This document shows positions 47,574 through 56,997 of a stretch of DNA of 64,000 nt, piece by piece (the first letter of the stretch is position 1; every line of letters starts with the position of its first letter). Source of the stretch: an uncultured Clostridia bacterium. Lineage in GTDB: Bacteria > Bacillota > Clostridia > Christensenellales > UBA1242. A program made the position numbers and the translations under genes. Location of the stretch: assembly GCA_944350275.1 (NCBI GenBank), contig CALVOK010000014.1, positions 75,545 to 139,544 of the forward strand. Direction: 5' to 3'. The notes below the pieces were generated by a model. It saw only the letters and a list, made by a program, of their open reading frames with translations. It was not told the origin of the DNA and did no database searches.

Positions 47574-50500
47574 ATGGCTGAGAATGATATAAACAATGTT
47601 GAAAATGGCGAGCAACCTGCTGGAAGTGGGATTTCATCTAATGCAGAGGCTACAGAAAACACAACACCAGAAGAGGTTACAGAAAATACAACTCCAGAGG
47701 GAGTTAAGGATAGCACCCCACTAAAAGAAGAGACTGTCAGCACTCCAGAAGAGGCAAAAAGTGAAGAAGTTTCTCACGAAGAGGAGGAAGTTCAAAAACC
47801 TGCCGAGGTTCAAGAGGATGCTGAAGAGAAAAACTCAGACTATCCAATGACGGTTGTAAACAATGTCTCTATTAAGGATGGAGATGAAGTTATTGATAAA
47901 CGTAATCAAAATCTTTCAATGATTGATGATAGTTCAAACATCATTTTTGATTTCTCTCAAAAAGTTAACGGAGAAAAAAGTTCTGTTATGTCCGTCTACA
48001 AAGATGGTGAAAAAAAATATGTAAATATATCAGCAGTCTCTCGTTTTATTGCTAATGGCGGTAAAACACTTGAAGAAAATCCTGAACTTAAGACCATTTT
48101 TGAGAGCGGTGGTCTCGAAATTGGAAATAACGCTATAGATGTCAGCCAAAGTGGCGAGGAAATCACAATTGAAATTCAGTCAGAGGATAACAAACCTTAT
48201 AAAATCAAGGTCGTTCCAACAGGTATATCACTGCAATATGGTGATAACGAAAATGGACAGTCATACTCTCTTGAGAATAAAAATTCCGACTGCATTGATA
48301 TAACTATGCAACGCAGTGCGGTTGAAGAGATGCTTAAAAGTGATGGGAAAAATAGCATATTTAAACAATCTTCATCCATAAGCAAGGTTCCATCAACCAT
48401 GGTTGGACTTTACCTAAAAGGCATGGAGAATAACTCCTCTATTGAACTTGGAAATTACTCACTCTCTCGATGCTCATTCTCAAAAGACAGTGTGCCTTAC
48501 TGTTTTATCAAAGAGCATAAACCTGGCACAAAAACTATGGAAGAGACTGTACTATTCTCAAATGGTAGGTATGTAAAATGCTCGGATAGTATGCTTACTC
48601 AGTACGGAATGGTAGGTGGCAAAAAACAACACAATCTCGTCATTGCATCATCCTCTAAAAATAACCCAAAATACTATGCAATTCCTATTAAAACAAACAG
48701 CGAGGGCAAGGTAGATAAGGAATTTATTGATGCCTACAATATTATGTCTGAAAATACTACCTTGGAGCAAAATGCCCTCTTAACAAATGGCGAAGAGATA
48801 GATTTTGTTAGCGAAAATGAAGATGCTGCAGTCACATTGCGTTCTCACAAAAAGGATGAAAGAAGATATTCTAAACATACCTTTGTAGTTAAATCAAAAA
48901 ACTATAACGTCTACCAAAAGTCCTCCCCTGCCGTGTATCAAGAACAGGAAGAGCAGGTCTCAGGCGAGCAGTCAACCCAACAAAGTGGTGGCTATATGGC
49001 AGATTATTACAATAGCAGTGTCCTTGACGAGTACTCATCTACTACAACCTTAGACGCAAACAGCACACCTCAGCCAAGTGGATACAATTTTGTACAGAAC
49101 GAAGAGCAAGGACCAACATCTGTTGTTGAACAAGAACAGCAAACTTCTGATAACGAAAATGAAAATCCTAGTGATGAAAACGAGCAAGATAGGCCTAATA
49201 ATGAAACCGAACAGGAAATTCCTAGCAGTGAAACCGAACAGGAAATTCCTGCTGATGAAAATGAAAATTATGACGATGAAAACGAAGATGTTGCACATTA
49301 TGAACCTGAGGATGAGCAGGACACTGGGTCGTCCTATCAGGAAGTATCTCAGCCAAGTTCTCAAACCACTCAGCAATCTCAGCCAGGTTCTCAGCGAAAT
49401 GTTCCACCAATCAGTCCTCAACAAAACGAGCAGGCAGAGACTGATGATTCACCTAATGGTGAACAAGGTGGCGGAGAAAATGAGCAGGAGCCTTCAGGAC
49501 AACCTCAGCAAGACTCACAAGGCTCCACTCAAACTGGACAACCTGCTGGTAATGGAGGCAATGCAAACTCGGCTCAACCTGCTAGTCAGCAGGCTCAACC
49601 TGAACCAAGAAAACACATAAACCCGTATGTTGCAAGGGCAGAAGATTATAAAAGAAATGCAAAAGCGGATAAAGACGAGTTAAAGAGAAAAAATGACAAC
49701 TTTAAACGAGGGCTTAAAACCTTCAACACCGCAATGGGCGACACCCTTTCCGCAAGTGGTTTATGGCTTATGGTGGTTGCAATGATACCAGGAATTGGAC
49801 TTGCAACACTTATCCCAGGAATTATAATGACATCTATCGGTCTATTTCAGTCAACTTTTGCCGACAAACTTGTCTTTAACCCTTATAGAAAGATTAGGCG
49901 AAAACTCAAAGACTATGAGGAAGAGCAATTTGAAGAGTTCGAGTCTCGTGACAAATTCTTAGAAAATGAACGTGAACTTGACAGACTTGCAGTGATTTCA
50001 AATGAAAAAATCAATCAACTTGACAGTCTTTTCAGTGAACGAGGCGGAAACGAGTTTGCTAGAGAGTTCGCCAAGATGTACAACGAAAATGGTGTCGGTT
50101 TTGCCCGTAGCATTGGAAAAAGTGGTATTGAGCAATTAAAGACCATTGATAACCTTGACAACAGAGTGCAGATGACCAATATGTTAAACCAAATCTCTCG
50201 TGAAAGAGGTCAAAAGTCTAGAGAAAGACTTATAAACAATTTTGCAAACACCTATTTCCAAGACCTTGACGAGACAAAACGAAAGCAGTTATCAGATATG
50301 TTTAAACCTGAGAACTCTGAAGGACTCAAGAACCTCGTCTCAACCTTGAATAGTGCAAACAAGGCACAAAGTGATGAAAAGGCTATCATAAACAAACAGC
50401 GAGAAGAAATCAAAGGTGCTGATATGTATAGACTTCGCTACTTTGCAAGCACAATGGCACTAAGCGAAGGTCAAAGAGAGCGTTTGTTTACTAGATATGG

Positions 50501-53500
50501 TGATGATGTTGCACAAAATTTAATGGTAAATCACAACTCCTCACCTAAAGTCTTAGACGAACTTTTAAGCAAAGTTCCTGAGGCTGAGCGAGAAAACATA
50601 ACAAACATTATGTATAACAGCGTGAAAAATCTCCATGCTAAAAATGAGGCAATCTCTCATGAGGCTGAAGATAATGCAAACAGGCAAAAAAGCATCAAAA
50701 TTCTCAGAGAATATGCAAATGCTGTCGAAAAAATGGAAACAGGTCAGTTTTCATCCTTTACAGACGTATCTCGCTCGACAGAGGACTATCTAAATTCCTA
50801 CACCTTAAACTACTATAATGGCTATGCTAGCAAACTTGTAAGTGATATTGATAACCCTCTTGTTAGAGACAACTCCGCCCTATCATCTAAGTATGGTACT
50901 GACGAGAACAACCGAAGTATTATCATCAATAACAACTTAAATAATATGCTAAACACCCTTTCTTTGAACTCTGAGACAAACAATTCTCTAAGTCAAATTC
51001 AAAGAGAAAATCTTGTTCATCTTAAAAACTCGGGTCTTTTTGATGAAGTTGCTAAAATCTATTCAACTCGCGACTCTGACGGAACAAAAATTGCAGGTAG
51101 CGGAAGTATTGTTCCAAACCTATCAAGGAGCCACTGTGTTAAATCTAACACCCTACCTGAAATTGCAAAACGGGTTTTTAAAGAAAAACTTCTTGATATT
51201 CTTGAAAATAACTATCACCAGTCAAGAAAAGAGTTAAGCAAAAAGTCCCTTGATGAGATAATAAGAGACTGCAATGTTTCTATATCTGACGACGAGGCTA
51301 GTCCTACAGTGTCAATAATGGGACGAGATTATTTAACAAGAGAAACTGCAAATTTATGGCACGCACTAAAATTCGTGGAGGGAGAGAATAAATATAAGGA
51401 TGAGAAGAATAACACCATCTTAGATTTTATTACTCCTGAACTTGTAAATGCTGTTACTAGAGAGGATACTGTCGAACCTTTGGTAACATATGATAACGAA
51501 ACACATGAGTATAAGGTTTTAAAATTTAACTCAGAAAAACAACTGCAAAATGCCTTAGATGATAACTATGACAGATATCCAGCCTCAATGATGGAAGAGC
51601 GTTTTAGCAAGAAGTATCCAATTTTTAAAAACCTAAAGACTTTTGACCAGCGTCGAAACTTTATTATGTTGTCTCTTGGTATTGAGGCACAAAAACAGAG
51701 CCTTGAGTACCAAAAACAAAAGGATATTACTGATAAAACCTTTGACGAAAAGGTATACGAGGCAAATGTTGCAGTCATTGAGAAACTAGATAAGACCTTT
51801 AAATCAATCCTTTCTGGCAAATTCTCAACCGCTCTAGACGATGTTTCTTACAGCAAATCTCTAAATGGTCAAGGAAGATATAGCCCTACACCTGCCAACC
51901 TCAAAAATAAAGGCAAAAATCTCAATAAAAAACTCAGTCAATATGCTTCATATGAAAGAACTATTGAGTCTCTTCCACTAACTACAGATGAAAAACAGGA
52001 GATTAGAGAAAATGCAGGCGAGCAGATGCGTGAACGAAAACTATCACCTGGATATGCTCTACGAAATGCCATAAAACCTTATCTTAAACAAACTTCTATT
52101 GACGGCAAAACAGTAAATGAGATATTCAACGAAGTCTTTTCAGATGGCAAAATAAACAGGAATGCATTTAATAGTTATTGTCAAGAGAAGTCAAAGACAT
52201 TTAATGAGAGGTCACAACGTAACCTTGTAAGTACTAAAGATGCCTTAGGCGAAAGTCAAGTTCAAAAAGATTTTGATTCTGCTAAGGCTGATGCACTTAA
52301 AAATAAAAAGACATATAAAAATTACAGCGAGTTCTTCTCTGAAGTTGGATATAACAACGAGGCTGGTACTTCAAAATTATTCCCAGGTCTATCGAAAGAA
52401 GAACACGACGCAGTGGTAAATGCTATCTTCTCTAGCGCTAGAACTCCAAGACAAGAGCAAAAAACTGTTGATGCGCTTGTCAAAAAAATGGGTATGGCAA
52501 AAGAATATAAGCAGGCTAAAAAAGACATCACCCCTACAGGAGCAGAAGGTCAAAGAAGATATGACCAGGCAAGTATGGACTATCAAAATTTTGTTCAGGC
52601 TAGGAACAAGGCAGAGACCACCTACGACCTTGTTGTAAGCCAAGGCAACTTGTCTTATGAAGAATTTATTAAGAATCTGAGCAAGGAAGATTTGGATGCT
52701 CTTGGTATGGATAAAAAGACAGTGCGAGTAATACTAAAAGATGACAAGAAAACACAAGACCAAAAACGAGAGGAACTTCAAGAATATAAGAATAGTGCTG
52801 AAATTAAAGTGCAAGCACAAGAGGCTAGCCTGCAACAAAATGTCGTCGTTCAAGAATATGCAAGCACTGGTCTCAACAAGGCTGAAGTTGAGGCAAGACA
52901 GGCAATTGCTAAGGCTAACTTCATCTCACAACAAGCCGAAAGTTTATCTGATAATCTTGGCAGTGTTGCAGACTATATTAAGTCTCACCCTGAGGTTGAC
53001 GGAAAAGCACTTGCCACCGCCCTTGCGAGTGATAATCAAGATTATTTTGACAGACATCCTGAAGTTAACAGAGAGCAGTTTACTCTTACTTCTGCAGATA
53101 GAGAGCAACTTGAAATCTTCAACATTGATGTTATGAATAAAAACCTTAATAACTCATCTCTTGGTGAAAAATTAACACAGCACACCAAACAGGCAACAGA
53201 AAAAATGATTGACTTAAGCGAAAAAGAGATGAAAAATTATCAAAAGCAGATGGAAAAGGCTGAGGATGAAAGCAGTAAAAATTCTTCAGATAAACAGGAT
53301 AAAAGTAAGGAAAATAATCAAAATACATCTAAAGGTCTTAATAATATGTTAACTCAACTTGCTGCAAAGGTTGACAAAGATACTCTTAAAAAGAGCATTG
53401 ATGATGCAGTCAAAGCGACAGTCAATAGCGCCTTCCAAGCACGAGTTCAACAAAAACTTGAAGCAAAGAAACGTGAACTTGAAGATGCTGAGCAATATAT

Positions 53501-53681
53501 ACATGACGGCGCACAAAAACAAGCAGTACAGAGTATTATTGATGACCTAGATAAAGCATTGAAAGAAAATGCTCAAAACAAAAATGCTCAAAATCAAAAC
53601 AAAAACGCTCAACAACAAAACCAAAATCAGAATGCTCAAAATCAAATTAACCAACAGCAAAATTCTGCAGAGCATGAATAG
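47574..53681 (+). CDS. Orphan 2035-aa protein with a single central bilobed hydrophobic hairpin and long low-complexity/helical regions
   Basis: RBS AAAGGAG. Acidic N-terminus, then a mixed ~450-aa region, then an E/Q/N/P/S-rich spacer. The hydrophobic segment is GLWLMVVAMIPGIGLATLIPGIIMTSIGLF (nt about 49757-49847). About 1250 aa of charged helical sequence follow, ending in a Gln/Asn tail. Confidence 0.75.
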   Translation: MAENDINNVENGEQPAGSGISSNAEATENTTPEEVTENTTPEGVKDSTPLKEETVSTPEEAKSEEVSHEEEEVQKPAEVQEDAEEKNSDYPMTVVNNVSIKDGDEVIDKRNQNLSMIDDSSNIIFDFSQKVNGEKSSVMSVYKDGEKKYVNISAVSRFIANGGKTLEENPELKTIFESGGLEIGNNAIDVSQSGEEITIEIQSEDNKPYKIKVVPTGISLQYGDNENGQSYSLENKNSDCIDITMQRSAVEEMLKSDGKNSIFKQSSSISKVPSTMVGLYLKGMENNSSIELGNYSLSRCSFSKDSVPYCFIKEHKPGTKTMEETVLFSNGRYVKCSDSMLTQYGMVGGKKQHNLVIASSSKNNPKYYAIPIKTNSEGKVDKEFIDAYNIMSENTTLEQNALLTNGEEIDFVSENEDAAVTLRSHKKDERRYSKHTFVVKSKNYNVYQKSSPAVYQEQEEQVSGEQSTQQSGGYMADYYNSSVLDEYSSTTTLDANSTPQPSGYNFVQNEEQGPTSVVEQEQQTSDNENENPSDENEQDRPNNETEQEIPSSETEQEIPADENENYDDENEDVAHYEPEDEQDTGSSYQEVSQPSSQTTQQSQPGSQRNVPPISPQQNEQAETDDSPNGEQGGGENEQEPSGQPQQDSQGSTQTGQPAGNGGNANSAQPASQQAQPEPRKHINPYVARAEDYKRNAKADKDELKRKNDNFKRGLKTFNTAMGDTLSASGLWLMVVAMIPGIGLATLIPGIIMTSIGLFQSTFADKLVFNPYRKIRRKLKDYEEEQFEEFESRDKFLENERELDRLAVISNEKINQLDSLFSERGGNEFAREFAKMYNENGVGFARSIGKSGIEQLKTIDNLDNRVQMTNMLNQISRERGQKSRERLINNFANTYFQDLDETKRKQLSDMFKPENSEGLKNLVSTLNSANKAQSDEKAIINKQREEIKGADMYRLRYFASTMALSEGQRERLFTRYGDDVAQNLMVNHNSSPKVLDELLSKVPEAERENITNIMYNSVKNLHAKNEAISHEAEDNANRQKSIKILREYANAVEKMETGQFSSFTDVSRSTEDYLNSYTLNYYNGYASKLVSDIDNPLVRDNSALSSKYGTDENNRSIIINNNLNNMLNTLSLNSETNNSLSQIQRENLVHLKNSGLFDEVAKIYSTRDSDGTKIAGSGSIVPNLSRSHCVKSNTLPEIAKRVFKEKLLDILENNYHQSRKELSKKSLDEIIRDCNVSISDDEASPTVSIMGRDYLTRETANLWHALKFVEGENKYKDEKNNTILDFITPELVNAVTREDTVEPLVTYDNETHEYKVLKFNSEKQLQNALDDNYDRYPASMMEERFSKKYPIFKNLKTFDQRRNFIMLSLGIEAQKQSLEYQKQKDITDKTFDEKVYEANVAVIEKLDKTFKSILSGKFSTALDDVSYSKSLNGQGRYSPTPANLKNKGKNLNKKLSQYASYERTIESLPLTTDEKQEIRENAGEQMRERKLSPGYALRNAIKPYLKQTSIDGKTVNEIFNEVFSDGKINRNAFNSYCQEKSKTFNERSQRNLVSTKDALGESQVQKDFDSAKADALKNKKTYKNYSEFFSEVGYNNEAGTSKLFPGLSKEEHDAVVNAIFSSARTPRQEQKTVDALVKKMGMAKEYKQAKKDITPTGAEGQRRYDQASMDYQNFVQARNKAETTYDLVVSQGNLSYEEFIKNLSKEDLDALGMDKKTVRVILKDDKKTQDQKREELQEYKNSAEIKVQAQEASLQQNVVVQEYASTGLNKAEVEARQAIAKANFISQQAESLSDNLGSVADYIKSHPEVDGKALATALASDNQDYFDRHPEVNREQFTLTSADREQLEIFNIDVMNKNLNNSSLGEKLTQHTKQATEKMIDLSEKEMKNYQKQMEKAEDESSKNSSDKQDKSKENNQNTSKGLNNMLTQLAAKVDKDTLKKSIDDAVKATVNSAFQARVQQKLEAKKRELEDAEQYIHDGAQKQAVQSIIDDLDKALKENAQNKNAQNQNKNAQQQNQNQNAQNQINQQQNSAEHE

Positions 53682-53690
53682 GTTTAAATT

Positions 53691-53730
53691 AAAAAAAGTC
53701 ATTGTCAAGCACGATAATGACTTTTATTTT
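53691..53730 (+). terminator. Rho-independent terminator after the 2035-aa gene
   Basis: AGTCATTGTC (53697-53706) pairs with GATAATGACT (53713-53722), followed by a T-run. Confidence 0.75.
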
Positions 53731-53936
53731 ATCCCCTAATTGTTAGATAAAAATACAAATTAATATTATTTAAATAAGTTAGTCTTATTTAACCTTATTT
53801 GTAAAATCCTATCTCACATTTTAATGATAATTATTAATGTTAACAAAAATGATAAATTTTTCTTATTTAACTTTACTATCTGCTTATAAAATGCTATAAT
53901 TAAAATGCTAAAATTTATTATTTAAAAGGGAAAAAT

Positions 53937-55031
53937 ATGAAAATTGGTGTTGTTGGACTGCCAAATGTTGGCAAAAGTACTTTATTTAATGCGATAACTA
54001 ATGCGGGAGCAGAGAGTGCAAACTACCCTTTCTGCACTATTGAGCCAAACGTTGGCATTGTTGATGTGCCTGACGAGAGACTTGAAGTCCTCGGCAAACT
54101 TTATAATACTCAGAAAATTACCCCTGCATCCATTGAGTTTGTGGATATTGCTGGGCTTGTTGCTGGTGCAAGCAAGGGCGAGGGACTTGGTAACAAATTT
54201 TTAAGTCATATTCGTGAGGTTGATGCTATTATTCACGTGGTAAGGTGCTTTGAAAATGAGAAGATTATCCATGTCAATGGCTCTATTGACCCGTTACGTG
54301 ACATTGAGATTATCAACCTTGAACTTGCCCTCTCCGACCTTGAACAAGTCACAAAACTATATGAGAAAAATGCTAAACTTGTCAAGACAGGCGACAAGAG
54401 TTTAAAGGTGACGGTCGAACTTTTAGAGAGAATTAAAACCGCTCTTGAAGAAAATAAGCCTGCACGAAGTGTCAAAATTGAGAGCGAGGAAGAAGAGAAA
54501 ATTATGAAAAATTTGGGACTTCTGACCGCTAAGCCTGTCATTTATGTCGCTAATATCAGTGAGGACGATATAGACAAAGAGGACAACAAGTTTGTCAAAG
54601 AGGTAAGAGATTTTGCGGAAAAAGACCATGCAAAAGTTATATCACTTTCCGCTAAAATTGAGGAAGAACTTGCAGGGCTTGAAAAAGAGGAGCAGGCAGT
54701 ATTTAAAGAGGAACTCGGTATAAAAGAGAGCGGTCTTGAAAAACTTGTCAAGGCAAGTTATGACCTACTCGGGCTTATGTCATTCTTAACCGCTGGCGAA
54801 AAAGAAGTGCGTGCGTGGACTATCAAAAAAGGAACAAAAGCACCACAAGCGGCAGGTAAAATTCACACCGATTTTGAGAAAGGGTTTATCAAGGCTGAAG
54901 TTGTATCCTATGATGATTTAGTTGAGACTGGCTCTTTTGTTAAGGCAAAGGAAAAAGGTAAAGTAAGACTTGAAGGCAAGGACTATGTCGTGCAAGACGG
55001 AGATGTCATGCTGTTTAGATTTAATGTGTAA
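53937..55031 (+). CDS. ychF: Ribosome-binding ATPase YchF
   Basis: 364 aa. GVVGLPNVGKSTLFNA, NYPFCTIEPN, DIAGLV, and a C-terminal TGS-like end. Confidence 0.95.
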   Translation: MKIGVVGLPNVGKSTLFNAITNAGAESANYPFCTIEPNVGIVDVPDERLEVLGKLYNTQKITPASIEFVDIAGLVAGASKGEGLGNKFLSHIREVDAIIHVVRCFENEKIIHVNGSIDPLRDIEIINLELALSDLEQVTKLYEKNAKLVKTGDKSLKVTVELLERIKTALEENKPARSVKIESEEEEKIMKNLGLLTAKPVIYVANISEDDIDKEDNKFVKEVRDFAEKDHAKVISLSAKIEEELAGLEKEEQAVFKEELGIKESGLEKLVKASYDLLGLMSFLTAGEKEVRAWTIKKGTKAPQAAGKIHTDFEKGFIKAEVVSYDDLVETGSFVKAKEKGKVRLEGKDYVVQDGDVMLFRFNV

Positions 55032-55047
55032 CTATAAAAGGTAGTTT

Positions 55048-55488
55048 ATGGAAAATATTAAAAATATAGAAAATAGTGGGCAGAATATTTCAATTGCATT
55101 TGAAAAAAATGCTCTTTTAGACGAGATTTTAAAAACTAATCTTCTCCCCCTTGCCTTTATTGGCGACAGCGTGCATACTTTATTTGTGAGAGAATTTGTC
55201 TTGCACTCCTCCCCTCTTAAAATGGAAAATTATCACTCGCTTGCATCAAAATTTTGTAAAGCCTCCTCGCAGGCAAAAGTCTTAAAAGAAATCATGCCAT
55301 TGCTAAGCGAGGAAGAGAGTGAAATTGTAAGGCGTGGAAGAAATGCAAAGCCAAAGCATCACGCAAAAAATGCAACCTCATCTGACTACTCCTACGCGAC
55401 TGCTTTTGAGGTACTTATAGGTTATCTATACCTTAAAGGCGACAAAGATAGGCTTGACCAAATTTTAAAATTGTCAGTTGAAATTTAA
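55048..55488 (+). CDS. mrnC: Mini-ribonuclease 3
   Basis: 146 aa. LPLAFIGDSVHTLFVREFV and ATAFEVLIGYLYLKG. Confidence 0.85.
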   Translation: MENIKNIENSGQNISIAFEKNALLDEILKTNLLPLAFIGDSVHTLFVREFVLHSSPLKMENYHSLASKFCKASSQAKVLKEIMPLLSEEESEIVRRGRNAKPKHHAKNATSSDYSYATAFEVLIGYLYLKGDKDRLDQILKLSVEI

Positions 55489-55612
55489 TTTTTATTATTA
55501 AAATAATATTTAAAAAATTATCATATAAAAAATCATTAATTTTATATTTAATATTAATTTTTGTTAAAATAAAAATTAATAAATAAATCATATTAAATAA
55601 AGAGGAAAAGTT

Positions 55613-56359
55613 ATGTACATTGAAGGAAAAAATGCAATAAGACAGGCACTTGACAGCAATATAACCATCAACAAAATCATGGTAGACAAAAAATATCAAG
55701 GGCGAAAGGATGAGATTATTAATCTTGCCGTCCAGCACAAGATTAAGTTTGAGTTTGTGCCAAAAGTGGTGCTTGATAAAAAGTCTAAAACAGGACATCA
55801 TCAGGGTTATATTGCTGAGAGTGTTGATTTTAACTACTGCGAGGTTAGTGATATTCTAGAAAAGGCAAAATCGCTCGGGCAAAAGCCGTTTATTGTACTT
55901 CTTGACGGCATTGAGGACCCGCACAACTTTGGTGCTATTATCCGCTCCTGCGAGTGTGGTGGTGTCCATGGAATAATAATTCCTAAAAATCGTGCAGTTC
56001 AAGTCAACGAGACTGTTATTCGAACAAGTGCTGGTGCAATTGCCAATATGCTTATAGCAAAAGTTACCAACTTAAAAGATGCTATTAACTATTTAAAAGA
56101 AAATGACGTTTTTGTATATGCTTGTGAGGCTGGCGGAGAGATTATTTACGACAAAAAAATAGACGGTGCGGTCGGTCTTGTAATTGGCTCGGAAGGGTTT
56201 GGTGTGAAAAAGTCAATACTGCCCTACTGTGACGGAACAATTGCTCTACCACTTATGGCAAAAGTCAACTCGCTCAATGCCTCGGTGGCTTGTGGTATCA
56301 TGGTATTTGAGGTGCTAAGGCAAAGATTGCAAGGAGAAAAAAATGCTAAAATTGTATGA
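55613..56359 (+). CDS. rlmB: TrmH-family 23S rRNA 2'-O-methyltransferase (RlmB-like)
   Basis: 248 aa. DGIEDPHNFGAIIRS, LVIGSEGFGV and SLNASVACGI are the SpoU/TrmH motifs. Confidence 0.85.
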   Translation: MYIEGKNAIRQALDSNITINKIMVDKKYQGRKDEIINLAVQHKIKFEFVPKVVLDKKSKTGHHQGYIAESVDFNYCEVSDILEKAKSLGQKPFIVLLDGIEDPHNFGAIIRSCECGGVHGIIIPKNRAVQVNETVIRTSAGAIANMLIAKVTNLKDAINYLKENDVFVYACEAGGEIIYDKKIDGAVGLVIGSEGFGVKKSILPYCDGTIALPLMAKVNSLNASVACGIMVFEVLRQRLQGEKNAKIV

Positions 56360-56960
56360 AAAAATAGAAAAAACAGATGACGAACTTACCTTGCTTGCTC
56401 AAAATGGTGACGAGAGTGCCGTCAACAGCCTACTAAAAAAATACAAATCACTTATAAATCAGATAGCGAGAAGTTATTTTTTAACAGGCGGTGATGTTGA
56501 AGATATTGTCCAAGAGGGCATGATTGGACTTTACAAGGCAATAATGCACTACAAAACAGGCAAAACTGCCTCCTTTAAGACCTTTGCAAGCACGTGTATC
56601 AAAAATCAAGTTCAAAGTGCTGTGCGAGTGGCAAGTTCTGAAAAAAACAAAATTCTATCAACTGCTCTACCTATCATAGACCAACTTAACAGTGATGAAG
56701 AGGATGAGAAAGAGATAATTTTTCCATCCGACCTCCCCTCTCCTGACGAGCAGTTGATTGAAAAAGAGAGGATGGGCGAAATAGTTGAAAAGATTAAAAA
56801 AACTCTCTCCTCAATGGAACTTAAAGTGCTAAACCTATATTTAAAAGGATATAGTTACAATGAAATATCCAATATGAGCAATCTTAGCAAAAAAAGCATA
56901 GATAACGCACTCTCTCGAATAAAAAACAAACTTTCATTTCTAAAAAATGAAATCAAATAA
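56343..56960 (+). CDS. sigH: RNA polymerase sigma factor SigH
   Basis: 205 aa. ...ARSYFLTGGDVEDIVQEGMIGLYKAI...SFKTFASTCIKNQVQSAV...LKVLNLYLKGYSYNEIS...KSIDNALSRIKNKL aligns closely with Bacillus SigH. Sits in the mrnC-rlmB-sigH context. Confidence 0.85.
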   Translation: MLKLYEKIEKTDDELTLLAQNGDESAVNSLLKKYKSLINQIARSYFLTGGDVEDIVQEGMIGLYKAIMHYKTGKTASFKTFASTCIKNQVQSAVRVASSEKNKILSTALPIIDQLNSDEEDEKEIIFPSDLPSPDEQLIEKERMGEIVEKIKKTLSSMELKVLNLYLKGYSYNEISNMSNLSKKSIDNALSRIKNKLSFLKNEIK

Positions 56961-56997
56961 AAAATATATGCTATAATCGTCTTTAAAGGAGTAAATT

